64,000 nucleotides of DNA from positions 1,086 to 65,085 of the forward strand of contig CAUREJ010000003.1 of assembly GCA_963523735.1 (NCBI GenBank), in the 5' to 3' direction. Positions 58,795 through 64,000 of this stretch are shown here, piece by piece. The DNA comes from an uncultured Capnocytophaga sp. (GTDB taxonomy: Bacteria > Bacteroidota > Bacteroidia > Flavobacteriales > Flavobacteriaceae). The first letter of the stretch is position 1. Each line of letters opens with the position of its first letter. A program made the translations under genes and the position numbers. The notes under the pieces are model-generated. The model was not told the DNA's origin. It worked only from the letters and a program-made list of their open reading frames with translations, and did not search any database.

Positions 58795-61326
58795 ATGAAA
58801 TCTACCTCTTTTTATTCAATATATAGACCACTCCCTAGTAATACCAAAGACTTTGACTTATCTTTGGTAGAAGACACTAAGTTTCCAGAATCGGTATATA
58901 TAGGAGACTTCAAAACTATGAACGGAGAGACAGAACCTGCTTTACTTCCACTTAAAGAAATTAATGGTTTGTGTTTTCTTTCCCATCCTGAGAATGCGCA
59001 GCAGATACACAACTGTATGCAGACAATAGCCTTGCGAATACTTCTGTCACTTCCTCCCGGACTTTGCAAGTTTACCTTATATGACGGAACAAATCTTGGT
59101 GCCAACTTAATAGCACTTTCAAGTCTAAGTCCAAAAATCAAAGGAGAAAATATTCTGACAGACCCCGAAGAACTACGACGTGCCTTGATTTCTATTAAAA
59201 CTGACATTCCTAACATTATCCAAAAAGTACTGGGACATCGCTATCTTGGAAAAAGTCTTATAGAATACAATGCCGATGCTGATGAGTTAGCCAAACCTTA
59301 TCATATACTAATGATTGCTGATTTCCCTAATTCTCTTACGAAAGAGCATTGTGAAGCTATCGAACGAATTGTAAGGACGGGGAAGCAAGCAGGAATTTTC
59401 GTTATTATGAATCTGGATACATCATATAAGCCCAGCCGTTCTTACGACTATACACCTCAACCGCTGTTGGACATAATGACAACGATCTATCAGTCTCCCA
59501 ATACGAACGATTGGTATATCAGAAATATCCCTTATGAAGAATATTTCAATAGTAAGTTCTATTTTCAATTGACCGAGAGTTTTCCAGATACTGCAATTGA
59601 CGAAATTTTAGATTTCATCAACAACAGACTCTCCCAATATAAAAAGGTTGAAGTAGATATACTTAGCAGGCTTAATCAGAATAATTTATGGAGTAAAGAT
59701 GCCAGTGCAGGTGTTGAGATTCCTATCGGAAAGGTAAACTCTGTTGACTTGCAGAATTTTGTACTTTCTCTAAGTGATGGAATTAGCGATGTGCCTCATC
59801 ATTGTCTTATAGGTGGGGCTACAGGTTCTGGTAAAACTGTATTACTGCATAACATTATCTGTAATGGGGCTTGGTTTTATTCTCCCGAAGATCTTCAATT
59901 CATACTGCTTGATTACAAGGAAGGAACAGAGTTTAAGATTTACGAGAACTTACCTCATGTCAGGGTTTTATCTATGAGAAGTGAACGAGAATATGGAGTG
60001 AGTGTTCTTGACTATCTTTACAAAGAAATAGAACAACGAGGAGATTTGTTCAAGGAGTACAATGTATCCAATCTATCTAAATACAATACCACATCCAAGC
60101 ATAAACTCTCTCGTATTCTGGTGGTTATTGATGAGTTTCAGAAATTACTAGATGGCAATAGCACAACCGCTAACTTTGTCTCTGCTGCTTTAGACGATAT
60201 TGGGCGTCGAGGTCGCTCTTTTGGTATTAATTTGATACTCTCTACCCAATCGCTTAGTGGTGTTAATATCCATCAAGCTATGAGTCATCTTGGTCTTAGA
60301 ATTTGTCTGAAGTTAAATAGCGAACGTGATTGTGACCAGTTATTAGGTTCAGGTAATCATGCTCCCTTTACCACTATCACGAAGCCTGGCGAGGGTATCT
60401 ATAACGCTCGGGGTGGTCTTTCCGAAGGAAACCTGCGTTTTCAAAGTGCTTATGCCAGCGATTCAAAAATACAGTATCTGATCAATAGTATCAAAAAGGA
60501 GGTTGAAACACACTATGGTACAGTTCAACCTTTTAAACGCTTTATTTACGATGGAGAGCAAACCGCTTCTATCAAGAATAATCCTATTCTTGCCAAAGGG
60601 GATTTACCCGTCAACGATAAGGAGTGTGAGATCTTCATAGGAGAACCTACTGCCCTTGTCACATCTCATACTAAGTATAAGCTAAGCCGACAAAACGGTT
60701 CTAATGTATTGATCATCGGAGGAGATGAGACTGCCTCTTTGTCTATTTTAAGCCACTCCATAGAACAGGCCATCAAACAGAGTGATGAAAAGGCGGCTTT
60801 CTACCTCTGTGACAAAACAAACGTGGATAGTGCCAACTATGGTGTCTTACAAAGACTGACTCAATATCCCACTGTCAACTATTGCGAAGACGACTCTGCT
60901 ATTGAGCAGGTTATTGCCACTCTATATGAAAAATTAGAGAAACGAAAGAAGAAAGAAGAGCAACGGGAACGTATTATCCTTGTCTTGGCCGATTTATTTA
61001 ATGTTCGATCGATGCGCAAGTCTGGCTATAATGCCCCCGCAGCTACACAATCATTACAGGCCATTTTGCGCGATGGTCCCCCTTTTGGCATCCATACTTT
61101 GGCCTCTTTCAAAAGCTATTCCAACTTCTCTCAGCTACTTGATGCAATCAATACACTTCAGGATTTTGATATTCGTATTGAGCTAAAAGGGGGTGAAGGA
61201 CATAAAATATTTGTTTCCAACACTTTTGACGCACAAAAAAACAGTCCTACCAAACAAAATATAGGTGTAATACAAACGGCTGCCGATACACAACCATTAC
61301 AAAAATTCAAGGTCTATTCATTATAA
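58795..61326 (+). CDS. FtsK/SpoIIIE-domain ATPase, EssC/EccC-like (one intact and two degenerate ATPase domains, no TM segment)
   Basis: HCLIGGATGSGKT, YSPEDLQFILLDYKEGTEF, LPHVR, VVIDEFQ, GRSFGINLILSTQ; degenerate copies ..MIADFP..GKQAGIFVI and ..ILRDGPPFGIH. Confidence 0.88.
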   Translation: MKSTSFYSIYRPLPSNTKDFDLSLVEDTKFPESVYIGDFKTMNGETEPALLPLKEINGLCFLSHPENAQQIHNCMQTIALRILLSLPPGLCKFTLYDGTNLGANLIALSSLSPKIKGENILTDPEELRRALISIKTDIPNIIQKVLGHRYLGKSLIEYNADADELAKPYHILMIADFPNSLTKEHCEAIERIVRTGKQAGIFVIMNLDTSYKPSRSYDYTPQPLLDIMTTIYQSPNTNDWYIRNIPYEEYFNSKFYFQLTESFPDTAIDEILDFINNRLSQYKKVEVDILSRLNQNNLWSKDASAGVEIPIGKVNSVDLQNFVLSLSDGISDVPHHCLIGGATGSGKTVLLHNIICNGAWFYSPEDLQFILLDYKEGTEFKIYENLPHVRVLSMRSEREYGVSVLDYLYKEIEQRGDLFKEYNVSNLSKYNTTSKHKLSRILVVIDEFQKLLDGNSTTANFVSAALDDIGRRGRSFGINLILSTQSLSGVNIHQAMSHLGLRICLKLNSERDCDQLLGSGNHAPFTTITKPGEGIYNARGGLSEGNLRFQSAYASDSKIQYLINSIKKEVETHYGTVQPFKRFIYDGEQTASIKNNPILAKGDLPVNDKECEIFIGEPTALVTSHTKYKLSRQNGSNVLIIGGDETASLSILSHSIEQAIKQSDEKAAFYLCDKTNVDSANYGVLQRLTQYPTVNYCEDDSAIEQVIATLYEKLEKRKKKEEQRERIILVLADLFNVRSMRKSGYNAPAATQSLQAILRDGPPFGIHTLASFKSYSNFSQLLDAINTLQDFDIRIELKGGEGHKIFVSNTFDAQKNSPTKQNIGVIQTAADTQPLQKFKVYSL

Positions 61327-61341
61327 AAAGCTACAAAACCT

Positions 61342-63150
61342 ATGTCAACATACAGTGATTATATAGAATATCTCAAGCATGTGGATAACACAGCTAAAGA
61401 AGAAATCGACAAACAGATTAAGGCTCTTAATGATAATATCAACGCTCTTAAATCGTCTTTGACGGGGCTTCAAAAAGAAAAAGATGTACAAACAACCGAA
61501 CTTGTGCAACTTCAGAAGAAATTGACAAGCAAGAACGATATGCTCAATATGAAGGCGGTAGAAATTGATCAACACCTTCGCAAACAAACGGAACTAAACA
61601 ATACTATTGATTCACTTAAAGAACAAGAGGAAAAGCTCAATACTTCCTTAGAGCAGGAAAAAATAAAACTCCAGCAGAAAATTACAGAAATAGAAGAAAA
61701 AGACCTACAACTGCTAAAGCAAAAAAAAGAACTCGATAGCAAGTTTATAAGGCTACAAGGAGAATATAATGAACTCTTAGCCAAACAAGTCTCTGCAGAT
61801 AGTTCCACTACTATACTCAAAAGAGACTTAGAAGCCTTACAAGAAAAATTAAATCTAGAGACTGAAAACACCCAACAGCTAAAAACAGAGATTAACAATC
61901 TTAACAGACAAAAAGAAATCCTCAACCAAAAGATAGCACAACATAATAATGATAGTGCTACCTTACAAAAAGAACTGAAAAGACAACTCGAAGAAGCCAA
62001 TAATAAAACTAAAAGGCTCAGAGAGGAACTCAATAAAAAAACAGACAATGAACAGCTGTTACAAGAGGAAATAAAAAAACTTAATGAACAAAATAAAATA
62101 CTCTACCAAAAGATAGGGCAGAACTTAGATGATAGTTCAGCATTGCAAAAAGAACTCAAAAATCAGCTCAAGGAAGCCAATGAAAAGGTAAAAAAGATCA
62201 AGGAGGAACTCAATAAGGAAACAGATAATACTCAACAACTACAAGACGAGATAAATAACCTCAAGGAGCAAAATAAAATACTCTACCAAAAAATAGGACA
62301 GAACTTAGATCGTAGTTCTGAGTTAGAGAAACAACTCAGCGAAGCAAACAACAAGATAGAAAAGCTCCATAAAGAGAAAGAAAATCTTAATAAAAAAATA
62401 GACAAGGGGAAACAGTTTCAAGTAGAGAATGATAATCTTAATGAGCAAAACAATGCACTCCTACAAAGAATAAAGAAAATCGAAAAGGAATCTAATGACA
62501 CAAAGTTGACAATAAAAGAGACAACTACAAAGAATATACAATTAAAAAATGAATGCAAGGAGCTACAAAGCACCATTTCATCTCTCCAATTGGATCTTGA
62601 GAAACAAAAGAAAACAAAAAAAAGTAATTTCTTTATCGGTCTGCTATTGGGCTTAGCTATCCTCTCTTTCATATGGTTTATATCGCCTAATCTTATAGAG
62701 ACACCTTTAGACTTATCATCTGTAAGCCCACTAGACTTACCACCTGCTAACCAAGAGCAAGTAGATGTTTATGGCTATACAGAAGACAAAGCGTTACCCG
62801 AAGATAAAGCAAAATATACAGGACAGACAAAATACGATATACCTCATGGTATTGGTACCAAGGAGTTTTCCGAAGGAGGTACTAACAAGTTTGTAGGGGC
62901 ATTCAAGGAAGGGGAATTCTATTATGGGGTACGCTCCTTAGAAAATGGGAAAATATATACAGGCCCTTATGTCAATAACCAAGCCAATGGTGTAGGGAGC
63001 TATCAATTTGGGGATGGAAGCCGTTACATTGGAGAGTTTAAGGACGATGCTATGAATGGCTATGGTATATATATTGATGAGAAAGGAAATAAGACAATGG
63101 GGGAATTTAAAAATAATAATCTTGTAAAAGGAAGTAATTATGGGAATTAG
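61342..63150 (+). CDS. Long coiled-coil protein with one TM helix and C-terminal MORN repeats
   Basis: About 425 aa heptad-rich region; FFIGLLLGLAILSFIWFI; YTGQTK..PHGIG, YIGEFKDDAMNGYG. Confidence 0.85.
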   Translation: MSTYSDYIEYLKHVDNTAKEEIDKQIKALNDNINALKSSLTGLQKEKDVQTTELVQLQKKLTSKNDMLNMKAVEIDQHLRKQTELNNTIDSLKEQEEKLNTSLEQEKIKLQQKITEIEEKDLQLLKQKKELDSKFIRLQGEYNELLAKQVSADSSTTILKRDLEALQEKLNLETENTQQLKTEINNLNRQKEILNQKIAQHNNDSATLQKELKRQLEEANNKTKRLREELNKKTDNEQLLQEEIKKLNEQNKILYQKIGQNLDDSSALQKELKNQLKEANEKVKKIKEELNKETDNTQQLQDEINNLKEQNKILYQKIGQNLDRSSELEKQLSEANNKIEKLHKEKENLNKKIDKGKQFQVENDNLNEQNNALLQRIKKIEKESNDTKLTIKETTTKNIQLKNECKELQSTISSLQLDLEKQKKTKKSNFFIGLLLGLAILSFIWFISPNLIETPLDLSSVSPLDLPPANQEQVDVYGYTEDKALPEDKAKYTGQTKYDIPHGIGTKEFSEGGTNKFVGAFKEGEFYYGVRSLENGKIYTGPYVNNQANGVGSYQFGDGSRYIGEFKDDAMNGYGIYIDEKGNKTMGEFKNNNLVKGSNYGN

Positions 63151-64000
63151 ACACTTATATATCCTAATAGGATTTATTATCACTTTAAATAGTACTGCCC
63201 AAGACATCTCAAAGCCTGGTGGGATAAATCCATGTGAGAAAGAGCCTAATAAAGACAAAGAAAAGACGAGCAGTAAAGCGGATACTCCTATCCAAAAAAC
63301 TTATAACACTAATTCCAGCTTATACCAACAAGAGCTAACGGCTGAAGATATGTTTAAAAAGGGAGAAGAATACGAAGATACCTCTGATTATGCTAAAGCT
63401 GTAAAATGGTATCAGAAAGCAGCCGAAAAAGGACATATAGAAGCTCAATCGGCATTAATCGAAATCTATTACGAAGGTGCAAAGGGAGTACCAAAAGATA
63501 TTGCAGAAGCTATAAAATGGTGTCGAAGATTAGCAGAACAAGGACATACAGAGGCACAGCTCAGCTTAGGTCAGTTGTATGAGGAAGGAAAAGATGTTTC
63601 AAAAGATTATGCAGAAGCTGTAAAATGGTATCGAAAAGCAGCTGAACAAGGGAATCCAATGGCTCAATCCAGTTTAGGAGGGATGTATGAAAAAGGAAAA
63701 GGAGTTTCAAAAGACTATACAGAGGCAGTAAAGTGGTACCGAAAAGCTGCAGAACAAGGAAATGCAGAAGCACAAACTAATTTAGGTAATATGTATTATA
63801 TAGGGTATGGTGTTTCATCTAACTATTCAGAAGCCGCAAAATGGTATCGAGAAGCTGCTGAACAAGGGCAAGAACAAGGACAATTCAATTTAGGAAAAAT
63901 GTATATAGAAGGGAAAGGGGTTGAAAAAGATTTTCTGGAGGGTATAAAATGGTATAAAAAGGCTGCAGAACAAGGAAATGTGAATATGCTACTCCACATA
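63140..64000 (+). CDS. SEL1-like repeat protein with signal peptide (cut by the window end; absent from the ORF track)
   Basis: MGIRHLYILIGFIITLNSTAQ...; repeated AQxxLGxMYxxGxGVxKDYxEAVKWYRKAAEQG. Confidence 0.92.
   Translation, partial: MGIRHLYILIGFIITLNSTAQDISKPGGINPCEKEPNKDKEKTSSKADTPIQKTYNTNSSLYQQELTAEDMFKKGEEYEDTSDYAKAVKWYQKAAEKGHIEAQSALIEIYYEGAKGVPKDIAEAIKWCRRLAEQGHTEAQLSLGQLYEEGKDVSKDYAEAVKWYRKAAEQGNPMAQSSLGGMYEKGKGVSKDYTEAVKWYRKAAEQGNAEAQTNLGNMYYIGYGVSSNYSEAAKWYREAAEQGQEQGQFNLGKMYIEGKGVEKDFLEGIKWYKKAAEQGNVNMLLHI

Overview
AT-rich Bacteroidetes (Flavobacteriaceae, most likely Capnocytophaga-like) chromosomal segment; many genes are preceded by the Bacteroidetes TAnnTTTG promoter motif. 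It is mostly housekeeping (brnQ, rlmN, rseP, pyk, dusB, hflX, rsmI, tsaB, class I aldolase, pth, rimO, tRNA-His, rfbC, thyA, glnS) plus a SusC/SusD pair. Accessory content: (i) two toxin-antitoxin modules whose toxins are broken (a deleted, MITE-interrupted hicA next to intact hicB; a frameshifted GNAT toxin); (ii) an RloA/RloB (AbiL-like) cassette bracketed by a duplicated 34-bp promoter; (iii) a 13-kb surface locus with four BspA/LRR_5 lipoproteins, a TonB-dependent receptor + HmuY, and a T9SS metzincin protease + PorP/SprF; (iv) from about 58 kb, a compositionally different operon encoding a membrane-less triple-domain FtsK/EssC-like ATPase, a coiled-coil/TM/MORN protein and a SEL1 protein (T7SS-like candidate, cut by the window end). 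The most striking non-coding signal is a family of three exactly 230-bp cores bounded by 16-bp inverted repeats and carrying five 11-bp-phased repeats. All three lie between divergent genes, and one core is flipped relative to the conserved flanks, as expected of an invertible element. All calls are from manual reading and family knowledge; no searches were run.
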